Below are positions 25,291-37,489 of a DNA stretch of 64,000 nucleotides, piece by piece. Numbering within the stretch: the first letter of the stretch is position 1; every line of letters begins with the position of its first letter. The notes below the pieces were generated by a model that saw nothing but the letters and a program-made list of their open reading frames with translations, did no database searches and was not told the origin of the DNA. The stretch is from the human T2T-CHM13v2.0 reference genome, Homo sapiens. Position numbers and translations under genes: made by a program. The stretch is taken from NCBI RefSeq assembly GCF_009914755.1, contig NC_060938.1. The stretch is one strand, 5' to 3'.

Positions 25291-27772
25291 GAACAGACAC
25301 TAATATCATGAGTGCTCAGATTGCTAGTGAATATGTTCTTGTTACAATTATTTTCACTTTGCAGTTTTAAATAATGAATACTTGGATAAAAAATACCCAC
25401 TGTATTCTTATTTTTTCAACACTTCTTACTTGCATGGATTCTAAACAGAAGTCCAATGTAATTCTTATGTCTGTTTCTCTGTAGACAATGTGTTTCTTCC
25501 TCTGCCTTATTTTAATATTTTATCTTTGTTACAGGTTTTCTACGGTTTGAATATGATATTCCTAGGTATATTTTTAAAATATTCATCCTGCTTGGTGTTC
25601 TCTGAGCTTTTTGGATTTGTAATTTGGTGTCTGTCATTAATTTGTGTTTTTTTCCTAGTTAAAAAAATGAACTTTATAGATTTTACATTCTCAACTTTCA
25701 CTTATTTTCAAAATGAGAGACAAGACACCTAAACTCCAAGATTTCAGTCCTGAATGCAATAGTACCAGATTTTCAAGTTACATAAGTGAACTGCATAAAC
25801 ATCATTAGTTTCAAGTGTACCCTATAAGAAACACGTGGACATACTTGCGTTGTTTAACCACACGGTGTCATATCAATAAACATCAAAGTATCTGACATAT
25901 ATTTGTCCATTAAAAGTAAACACAACTCTGAGTATCAAATTAAATTAATCATTTGCCTTTTATAATCTAAATCAGAAATTGAAAAACAGGAACATTGTAG
26001 AGGTAAGTGGCTGAAAATGCTCTGCTTACTGCACACAAGCACATCATGACAAAGAATGCTAGAAGTAGCTTTCCTCAGAAGTAATAATTGAACATTTAAA
26101 ATATTATTTTCTCACAAAAGTTAAAGCTTTTAGTGTAAAAGGCATGGTAAATGACATTTTAACTTAATAGTTAGCTATATAGCAAATTACAGATTTCAAG
26201 CAATTAGTTACCCACATTTCACCAGAACCTTCAGTGAAAGTGTCTACTCTCAACATTGACCAGAACCTTCCTGTTCTGAAGTGTCTACTCTTTAGAGTTG
26301 CTTCAGCTTTACGTATCTGTAAAACCTAAGATTAATCAATGAGAAGTTACACCTTATTCTGTACTAGATACACATAATATATATAGATTTAGAACAAATG
26401 GATGTTTTTCAACTTCAAAAAAATATTTTAATTTACACAATGTTAGATTGTTTTTCACCCATGTGTATACATAACAGTGTTTCCCAAATTCACAGGGTCC
26501 ATTTCCATAATTCTAAAGCAAAAATAGAGGCACACAAATGGATAATAATTCATAGTTTTATGCCTTTTTTTAACCTATCTTTAAAGAAATTCAGTTGCCA
26601 TGTAGACAAAGATGTGATGAACCTGTAACAAATTTCTATGACTTGGAAAATTAAAGGTCTAAAAATCCTAAATGTAGTAGCTCTGGGCAGTTTGCAATTT
26701 GTGCATGGGTTCACTCACCCTATGGTCCGTGAACTCCCTTATCCTGCAAGCTGTAGGTACTTTCAGCAAATATGAGACTCAATAAGACTAAGGAAGGGCT
26801 TGTTTAAATTAGTTCCCCTCACAGTTGATTCTAATCTTGCAATGAACAGATTTAATGTACTAGTGAGTTAAATTTTAAAGTAATTATAAAGCCATTTACT
26901 CTATCATAAATGAATGAAATGTAAGAATCATACTTAAAACACGTCTTTCATTTTAATGAATGGTATCTTTCATTTATATACAAAGGAATTCACTTGCCAG
27001 CAGCATTTAAATATAGGAATAGTCTCGTCTTTTCTCTAGTGCCTTTTATAAAGCAGTGCCATTTCTAACTAGGTGTATTTGTCTCCTAGCTATTCAGTAA
27101 CTACACTATAGGTATCTAATAGATTCAAGAAAAGATTGGAAAATTGAGAAGATTTAGCATTTTAAACATTTGAAAAATGTTGCTACAAAGCATAGATTAT
27201 GAATGCATTAGTAAAATAAATTGACACCTTATGTGAGAATCATTAAGTTGGTTTAATTATATCACAGAAGTATGGGCTCACTAATATTTATACCAATTTA
27301 TGCTAATTAAACCAGAAAGTTTCTGTAGGTAATTCAGCTCTGAGCACCATTTAATAGGGTTATGCCAAACAGAACCAATGGTTATATAATACCCAGAATA
27401 TAAACCTCAGCAAATTCATACTTTTGGAATGGCAACACAAGTGAGAATGAGAGGCAATATTTCATTTCAAAGTACCATAGGCTGCTAAGAGTGTTCTTTT
27501 CTTTTAAAAATTTGTGTGGTTGTTAGTAATGTACCTTAACACTGGTCCTCCTTGACAGCGGTGTTAGAGATGGTTAGGTAGAACCTATATTACGGAAGTC
27601 AGCCTTGCCCATTTCTTTAGTTCAGTGATTAAAATTGAAATTACTTTTACAAAACAATTGAACTGCTGCTTACAATATAAACAGAATACCAACAGGATTC
27701 CTGTTGTATTCACATTATTCTCTAATTAGTATTTTTACATTTCCACTCTGACCTGACCTTCAGTAGTTCCTT

Positions 27773-28493
27773 TATTTTTATTTTCAAGCATTTTTGTGAG
27801 TATATAATAAACATATATATTTATGGGGTGCATGAGATGTTTTGATACAGGCATGCAGCATGAACTAATCACATCATGGAGAGTGGTTATCCATCCCTTT
27901 AAGCATGTTTCCTTTGTGTTACAATCCAATTAGATTCTTTTAGTTATTTTTAAATGTACAATTATTGACTAGAGTCCCCCTGTTGTGCTGTCAAATAGTA
28001 TGTCTTATTCATTCCTTCTGCCTATTTTTGTACCCATTACCCGTGCCCTGTCTCCCCCCCCCCCAGCCCCCTAGTACTTACTATGTTCATGAGTTCAATT
28101 GTTTAGATTTTTAGATCCCACAAATAAGTGAGAACATGTAATGTCTGCCTTTCCGTGCTTGGCTTATTTCCCTTAACATAATGATATCCAGTTCCTTCCA
28201 TGTTGTTGCAAATGACTGAATCTCATTATTTTTTAGGGCTGAATAATACTCCACTGTGTGTATCTACCACATTTTCTTTAATACATTAATCTGTTGATGG
28301 ACACTTAGGTTGCTTCCAAATCTTAGCTATTGTCAACAGTGGTGCAACCAACATGGGAGTGCAGATAATTTCTTCGATATACTCATTTCTTATTTCTGGG
28401 GTATATATCCAACAGTGGGATTGCTGGATCATGTGGCACCTCTATTTTCAGTGTTTAGAGGAACCTCCAAACTGTTCTCCACCATGGCTGTAC
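27773..28493 (-). mobile_element. L1MA 3' fragment with target-site duplication
   Basis: Antisense L1 3' end; TSD cagtagttcctt (27761) / cagtagtacctt (28494). Confidence 0.85.
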
Positions 28494-28817
28494 CAGTAGT
28501 ACCTTAAAATGCAAATGCAATTGGTAAAAGAACAAAGCAGCGTGTAGTGCTTGCACTTACAAATACTACCAGTTTTGTAACAATTTGCATTTTTTTTTTG
28601 TCCTTGAAAGAGTAACCATTTACTTAATAAAACGGATATTTAAAAGTGCAATATTCCTTCCTTTGCATGGCATGCAGGAATGGTGAAAGCAAAGAAACAG
28701 TCATCTCTTCTCTTCCCCCCACTTCTGGTCCCCCGAAATAGGAATGCCAGGTCAGACAGGTGGAGGAGGGAAATGGGGCACAGGTCAAGGTATGATGAAT
28801 CTCTTAAAAAGAAATCC

Positions 28818-29127
28818 AGCCAGGCGCAGTGGCTCACACCTGTAATCCCAGCACTTTGGGAGGCAGAGGCGGGCGGATCACGAGGTCAGGAATCGAGACC
28901 ATCCTGGAGAACACGGTGAAACACCGTCTCTACTAAAAATACAAAAAAATTAGCCGTGTGTGGTGGCGGAAGCCTGTAGTCCCAGCTACTGGGAGGCTGG
29001 GGCTGGAGAATGGCATAAACCCGAGGGGCGGAGCTTGCAGTGAGCGGAGATGGCGCCACTGCATTCCAGCCTGGGCGACAGAGCGAGACACCTTCCCCCC
29101 ACCGCCAAAAAAAAAAAAAAAAAAAAA
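28818..29127 (+). mobile_element. AluY-like element
   Basis: Full Alu with gatcacgaggtcagga and A tail. Confidence 0.92.
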
Positions 29128-29304
29128 TACAGCTTTCCCCAGAATGCTAGCCTGATAGGAACTCCACCCCATCCATTCCAACCTAGTAAGGATAGTTTAG
29201 TTTGTCTTTTCTGGTCTCACTTCATTACATCTAGTGTTCTTTTTTTGTTTCTGTTATTAAATTTCAGAAGACAAACCTTAGCATTTTCTAAAAGAAATTA
29301 TTTT

Positions 29305-30620
29305 TTACCTAAATACATTGGACTTTGGTCTTAATTTGAAGGAATAGGATAAGTAGACTTTAAGAGAGCGTTCCTACTCCTTCTCTTCCAGTGGCTGCTC
29401 TGGGTCCTTGAAAGAGGGTGTGATGTGAACCATCTGGGTTGTGAAGTGGATTTTGTTGAGCCTATGTTTTTTAAGTCCATTAGTCCTGCCCAAGGCTGTG
29501 CGCCCTGGAATCCTTGGCTTCACGTCTGGACCACCTTCAGCCAAGTGGTGATGGTGGAGAGGGTCCCCCCATCTTCCAGGACGTGTGAGAGTTTGTAGGT
29601 GGTGAGATGGAGGGGGCAGCTTTTAAATCTTCCAGTACCCACCCCCGCTGCTGGCGGTGCTCTCCCCATCGTCCTTGTCCAGGACTCCCATCAGGGTCTC
29701 AATCTCTTCTGTGATGCTCTGACTCACATGCTGGGAGGCCCTTTTCCCAATGTATTCCCTGATGTCAACATCGGCGTCCTATGTCCCCACTAGCAGCTTC
29801 ACCATCTCCAAGGTACATGGCTGCCAAGTGCAGGACGGTGTAGCTCTGGCCTTGCTGTTCCCAGGCAGCAGAGGCTCGTTGGGGAAGTTGACCAGCATGG
29901 CCAGAAGCTCCAGCCTTCAGTGCTAGGTGCTGGCACAGGCAGGTGAGGCTGTGATGAAGCCCAGAGTGGCCAGCAGGCTGGCTGGCACGGGGGCAACCCC
30001 CTAAGCTGTCCACTCCCCATCAGAGGCCGAGAGCAGCCAGCCGTGCTCCCTGGTCCAGCTCACCCAGCCCCACAGCTCTCCTCTGCGGACGGGAAAGCCA
30101 GCGCTGCGCCGCCAGAGTCACTCGCCTCTGCGGTGTCCTCGGAGGAGGAGCTCCCAGGCTGCTGCCTCCAGGACACAGGTTCCTCTTCAAGGGCAGGACA
30201 CTGTGCCTTCCCAAGTCGCTCAAGTTCTGGCGGAAAGGCCTCGGGGTGGTAGCCCCCCAGGAGCCGCCCCTGTCCGCCTCCTGGCAACCGTGGGGCGGGG
30301 GCTCCAAGTCCTTGCTGGTCTGAGGTCCCGCATCTGGGGTAGGGGCTGGTGGAGCCAGCGAGCTCTTCCTGCGTCCCCGCCGCTCAGGGCAGACCCTGCA
30401 GGGGCTGGGCTCCCCCTTGCCCAGCTCGGCCCTGCCTGTGGAGCACATCGGGGACCGCTGTTTCAGGGAGGGGATGGTGAATGCTGCGCTCCGCATTCAC
30501 GTGGACGCGGGACAGGTCCCAGGGGCGCGGCCTCAGGCGGAGGCCCCGCCAGAACCTCTTCCTGAGATGCAGGTACTGGGCGCCATCGACGGGGTCCGTG
30601 CAGTGGCCACAGCGTTCACC
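29305..30620 (-). pseudogene. SOWAHC: SOWAHC (ANKRD57) pseudogene, 5'-truncated and frameshifted
   Basis: Minus-strand fragments VNAVAT..DGAQYLHLRKRF, DLEPPPHGCQEADRGGS..RQNLSDL..LKRNLCPGGSS, YTVLHLAAM, ending LRPKSNVFR* (TAA at 29307-29305) match SOWAHC; the first ~58 codons are absent. Confidence 0.9.
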
Positions 30621-31289
30621 CGGAGATACATTTAAACAGTTTTATTCTCCTGTTTTTTATTTTTTCATTCCAGAAACCATTACTACAATGCAACAAAGTA
30701 AAAATATCTAGTTTAAATAATAATTTGATACGGTCAGGTGGGGATGAGTGCACACGTGTGTGTGCACACGTGTGTGTACACACACACGCAGGCTCTAAAT
30801 GGGATATTTTGGCGGAGCAGAGGGATAAGGCTTTTATTTCGTTGGTGTGTTGAGTTAGAATCGCCCTTCTCACAATTAAATAATTTAAATCAGGAGTTTT
30901 ATTAAAGCTAATTTGTACAACTAGGCAATATCTTTTCTCCATATATTTATACACATATACACATCTCTAATATTTGCATTTATTACTTCATCTAAAAGAG
31001 CTTGGAAAAAGGGTCCTAGGTCTTGGCTAGTTAAGGTAAAAATCTATATTTTAAGGTAATAAAAACGTTTGCTATGGACAGAGACATGCAGACACTGTGG
31101 GTGAAGCTGATTCATGTTCCTTTGAAGGAAATGACATGGGGTTTTCTAAGGGAAAGCCCAGCATGCTGCAAGGAGAGGGGAGGTCCCAGGAGGGAATTGG
31201 AGTCAGCATTAGGATCTAAGTGTCACAGGGGAGTGTGTTCCCAAAAAAGACTGTGACTGTTTCTGTGTCCATCCTGAACTGGTTACCAT

Positions 31290-31291
<2 letters not shown>

Positions 31292-31346
<55 letters not shown>
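31292..31346. repeat. (TG)n microsatellite
   Basis: Direct reading. Confidence 0.95.
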
Positions 31347-31349
<3 letters not shown>

Positions 31350-31474
31350 TAAAAGAGGAGTTACATGCTGGGGCATTTCTGGTATCTCAACTGGCATCTC
31401 AGCTGCTGGTGATGATGGCTATACATTTTCCTCAGTATTCAATGTGCGTATTTTGAGTTAACAGTCCACCCATT

Positions 31475-31720
31475 GGCTGAGGCAGGTGGATCATCTGAGG
31501 TGAAGAGTTCGAGACCAGCCTGGCCAATATGTGAAACTCTGTCTCTACTAAAAATACAAAAATTAGCCAGGCATGGTTGCAGCACCTGTAATCCCAGCTA
31601 CTCGGGGGGCCAAGACAGGAGAATTGCTTGAATCCAGGAGACAGAATTTGCAGTGAGCTGAGATGGACCACTGCACTCCAGCTTGGGCAGCAGAGTGAGA
31701 CTTGGTCTCAAAAAAAAAAA
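31475..31720 (+). mobile_element. Alu, 5'-truncated
   Basis: Alu body with A tail. Confidence 0.9.
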
Positions 31721-31778
31721 GTTATTGTGACATGCTGTACACATTCACAAATTCAGTGTCTCCCAGAAGTCTGAGATT

Positions 31779-32282
<504 letters not shown>

Positions 32283-32379
32283 TGAAAGACAATTTTACTA
32301 CCCAAATCACCCTTCTATAAAAAATAATAGAAGATGTCAAATATGAAAATAAAACTGTCCTCTGGGCCCTCAATTTTCT

Positions 32380-33065
32380 GTGTTATTGGGAAGGCAGACA
32401 GCTACTCAGCAGTTATATCCCATAAGAATGGATAACACTAAAACAACTGACAACATCAAGTATTGGTTAGAAAGTGGAACTGATTCTCTCAAACATTTTC
32501 ATTGTAGTTTAAGATGGCACAACCACTTAGGAAAATGTCTCCCTATTTCATACAATGCCAAATATATACTTATTTTATAACCCAGAAAATCCACTCTTAT
32601 GTACTTAAACTCAAGAAAAGTGAAAATATTACAGAAAAATGTCTATATCTGATTTGTTCGTAGCAGGTTTATTCATGATAACCTCAAACCAGAAACTGCT
32701 TTTGTGTCTATCAATAGTGGAGTGGATTATAAACAAAACAAGCAAAGGCCTCAAACCTGTGGTATAGTCATAAAATTGAGTATTACAAAATAAAATTAAT
32801 GAATAATCAATAGGAGCAAAATGATGTCACAAGCATGTTTAGTGAATGAACATAAAAATTATATAATTTATAATTTCACTTATGTAAATGGTGAAAACAG
32901 ACAAAACTATCCTTTTGTGGAAAGAATCAAAACCATGGAAGCCTCTGTGTTCAAATACTGAATGGAAATGGGCATGAGAAAACGTGTTTCTGCCAGATCT
33001 TCTATATGCCTGATGTACATTCACTAGATGTATTTTGCATATACTATTTTTGCAAATAAAACTGA
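32380..33065 (+). mobile_element. Old L1ME-like 3' fragment
   Basis: aaaacaactgacaacatcaagtattgg..tataacccagaaaatccactc..aacagacaaaactatcc motifs. Confidence 0.6.
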
Positions 33066-33399
33066 GATAGACACAAAATAACTCAAGAGAAAATAGCTAG
33101 AAATAAGTAGAGTTGGGATAGAAGCCTTGGAAGCTCCCCCCTACCTTGCTCACCTGGCACAGGCCGAGGAAGCCCTGGGACAATGCTGTGAGCGATCTGA
33201 GGGCCTTCCAGGGGAGCTCCCCCAGCCCATGCTGGTGCCCGAGCTGCCCGCCGCCATCTGAATATGTTGCAAAGACAGTGCTGGCCTGGCAACCGGTGAC
33301 ACTCCATGCCCCACCCCGACCCCCACTTCTACCCAAGTAGCGGCAACCCCAGAGACAGATGCCTGGGCGGCAGCGGCTAAGTCTGGTAGTTGGCCAGGC

Positions 33400-35250
33400 G
33401 GCCAAAGGACGGGAACTGGCCGTTCACGCCATCCCAGTTTCCACGGAGAACTCAACCATCATGGCCCCTGAGAGGACCCTCAGGCCTGGGCTGTGCTCTG
33501 TGCCTGCAAACCTGACGCCATCCAGGGGAGCTCCGCCTTCCCACGCCAGCGCCTCAGCTGCTGCAGAAAACTGCAAAAGTGCAGGTTGCACACAGGCAGA
33601 GATGACGGAGCAACCCCTGACCCTCCGTGCCACTCACCCTACCCACACACACCTGCCACGCGGACCCTGAGGCCAGTGCCTGGGCGCCCAAGTCAGGCAG
33701 TCCGCACAGCAGTGGCACCAGGGTGAAAACCTGCTGCTCAATACCATCCCAGTTACCACGAAGAGCCAGCCCTGGTGGCCCCTGAGTTCTTGGAGGAGGC
33801 CAAGTCACAGCAACCCCTCAAGTGGGCGGGCGATGCACTTGACCCTGAGGACATCAGGTACCAGGCCCGCCAGCTGATGCCGACATCGGAGCCGCAGCTG
33901 CAGTCTAGACGTGGTGCACCGGCAGTAAGTGACTGGACACCCCAGACCAGGCCCGCCCCCCAGTAGCGTGGATCCTGAGGCCAGAACCCCAGGCGGGAAA
34001 ATCAGGCGATGGGCCCCGCCAGCAGCCGCTCAGTTTCATCCATGTGGATACAGAGTGCCCAGTGCCCGGGCCCAGGATCCAGAGAGATGCCCAAGAAGAG
34101 CGGAACTTGAGGCCAGGTGGGCTGTGCGCTCTGCGACCCTGAGGCCATCCAAGGGAAGCTCCGCCGTCCCACGCCAGTGCCAGATCTGCAGCTGCAAACT
34201 GTGCATGGGGCACTGGCAGCAGTTAGGGCTGATGGGGGAAAGAGCAGCCCCTGACTCTGCCTCCATGCCTCTACAGCTACCTGACACTAGCCACACAGAC
34301 TCCAGGGCCAGAGCCTCAGCGTGAAGCCAGGCCATCTGCGAAGCCACCCAGGTGGCAGCGGAGTGCCCTTGCCAGCACCCTATCTCCCTTCCGAGGAGGA
34401 GCGGGGCGGGCTGCAAGGCCAGACAGGCCCTCCTTCTCAGGCCGGGCTGGCGGCGCTCCTGCGATCCTGGGGCCACCCGGGCGATCCCAAGAGGACCTGC
34501 GAGCTCATCGGCGCCCGCCCAGAGCTGCAGCCCCACCTGCCAGCGCGCGCCACCAGGGAAGGGCTTCCGGGAGCCAGGCAGCAACTGCGGTGCAGGCGCG
34601 CGCCCAAAGGCTTTGCGAGACTCACTCGGTCTGAGAGGTCGGAGGCTGCGAGTGTCGCTGCTGAAGGCTGTGGTGGACCGGGCTGGATCGCGGACTGTGG
34701 AGTAGATCACAGATTTGGGATCGCGGATTGGGGGTTGATCGCGGATTGGGGGTTGGATCAGGGATTTGGGGTTGGATAGGGGATTTGGGGCTGGGTCGGC
34801 CGGGGTCGGCGGAGTAGGTGGGTGAAAAGGTGACAGGGAGGTCGGCCGGGGTCGGGGGAGGGGGGTGGTGAAAAGGTGACAGGGAGCTGCCCCCGCTCAA
34901 GAGCCGGAGGTTGGGGTTTCTGAGAAGTCACCACTATGAAGTTATTCGGCTTCGGGAGCCGCAGGAGCCAAACGGCCCACGGCTCCATAGAACATGTCTA
35001 CACGGGTTCCGGATACCGAATCCCGGACTCCGAACTGCAGAAGATCCACAGGGCAGCTGCCAAGGGCGACCCCGCGGGGGTGGAGCGCTGCCTGGCGCGC
35101 AGGAGCGGAGACCTGGATGCCCTGGACAAGCAGCACAGGTAGCGGGGACTCAGCCCGGGGTGGGAGGGGGTCCCCAGGCCCGGCTTCCCCACTGCCCCTG
35201 GGACGGGGCCTTTCAGGGCTCTGGGCACCCTCAGAGCAGCGGAGCCAAAC
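33400..35250. promoter_or_regulatory. CpG island / promoter region of the ANKRD20A-family exon 1
   Basis: High GC and CpG density; G-rich repeats (ggatcgcggattgggggttg) at 34685-34870 upstream of the ATG. Confidence 0.7.
34936..35138 (+). pseudogene. ANKRD20A: ANKRD20A-family first coding exon, orphaned (no downstream ankyrin exons in the window)
   Basis: MKLFGFGSRRSQTAHGSIEHVYTGSGYRIPDSELQKIHRAAAKGDPAGVERCLARRSGDLDALDKQHR with donor AG|gtagcg at 35139; matches the ANKRD20A N-terminus. Exon 2 (TALHLAC...) not found. Confidence 0.92.
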
Positions 35251-35471
35251 GGACTGTCAGCTGTTTTCCATCCCTCATAATTCCATGGCTGGAGCAGTTG
35301 GAGAATTTGAGTGATTTAACTCACAAAGTTAAGCATACACAGTGTTGTTATTTTTAACATACACGTTGAAAACATGGTTTATATACATTATAGGAGGTGC
35401 CTAATGAGAGAACTCGTTCCCCTATCAAAAATACCGTGAGTTATTTCAGTAGACAAAAAGTTCTCAGATAA

Positions 35472-35999
<528 letters not shown>

Positions 36000-37489
36000 T
36001 GAAAAGCACATTTTCATTTGACAGGGAATTCTTTCAAATCAAATCATCAAACACTCTAAAATTGGGCAAAGTACACTTTTCCAGATCTGCAAGTTACTTG
36101 TGTACATAGGAAAAAGTCCTTCGCATTTCTGGTATAAGAATTTAAATTAAAAGAGGAATGAAGCAGTTTTCTATCCACAATATTTGTGAGGATGTTTTAT
36201 ACTCCTGCTTAAAGTTTAAGTTGCTGATTACTTTTCAAATAGATAATTTGGTGGTAAGTACTACAATTAAAAAATATGTATGCCCTTTACCCATCAATTC
36301 CATTTACTAAAACACCCTTAGGAAATAAAGATACATGCACTTTATTTTTCACCTCACTTATTTTAAAAAGAACCCAAAGAATGGATCCTATAAATAAACT
36401 TCAGTTGCATCCACAGGATGGAATAATATGTGACCATTGAAGGTGGCAATAGATACAGAAGTATATTGATGTGCGAAGATGTATTTTGTTATAGCTAGTG
36501 AGAAAAAAATCAATTAAGTTATACATACAAACATACTATGGTCTTGTTTTATCAAAAAATATGTACAAAATATAAAATTTGTAATTTCTGAGCATTTGTA
36601 TTTTAAGTAAAGTTCTTTTCCTTTTTCTTATCTGTGATTGCTGCAGTGAGCATGTACAAAACTTCTAGTAAAGTTTATTAATAAAGAAATAATCCTTGGG
36701 AAGACAGGAATATGAATCTTACAATATTAAAAATAATTTCTCACTTTCTATTTTTTATCATTATTGAGTGTATTGTTATCTTCTTTGAACTTTTAGCCTC
36801 TTCAGAAGTAAAAAGGGAATATTTTTATCTGTTTCCAGATTTTATTATCTATATATTTTATTATGTACATATGTTTTTCTTATGTATTCATTCAATTTAT
36901 GCAAACAATGATAGATTAATCATTTCATTTTAATTGTATTCTTAAATAAAAATAACATATATTACTATTGCAAAAATATTGCTTTATAGGAGTTTATTTA
37001 AAAATATTGAACTCCCCAACTGTATTTTTCCATTCTTTCATTCCATTTATTCATCAAACATAACCTGAGTACCTGTTATGTAGCAGACATATTCTGCTAT
37101 CTCTCAGGTCCCTTCTATCCTTAAAAACTCCATGTTTACCTGCCCTGCCTGCACAAGCTGAGAGATTTAAAATAGGAATATTGGGACTTATTCTCCTTGA
37201 AACTTTGTCACCCAACTTTCAAACAAAAGCATTTCTGAAGTTAGAAAATAGTAGAAGATAAGCTTTAACTGCCCACTCAAAAGTTTATCAGTCTTAAATA
37301 CTAATATTAATCATGGGAATGTCTTATTTCCATATATTCTGTAAGCATAAATATTGAATAAAATGAGCCATATGTATTCATTTGAATCATGAGTTTCCTT
37401 TGTCTTCAATTTGTTTGAAAATCAAGGAATTAATTTGTTTGAAAAATGCATTATTATTATTTCAGTGTTCTATCCCCATAGTACCTTTA

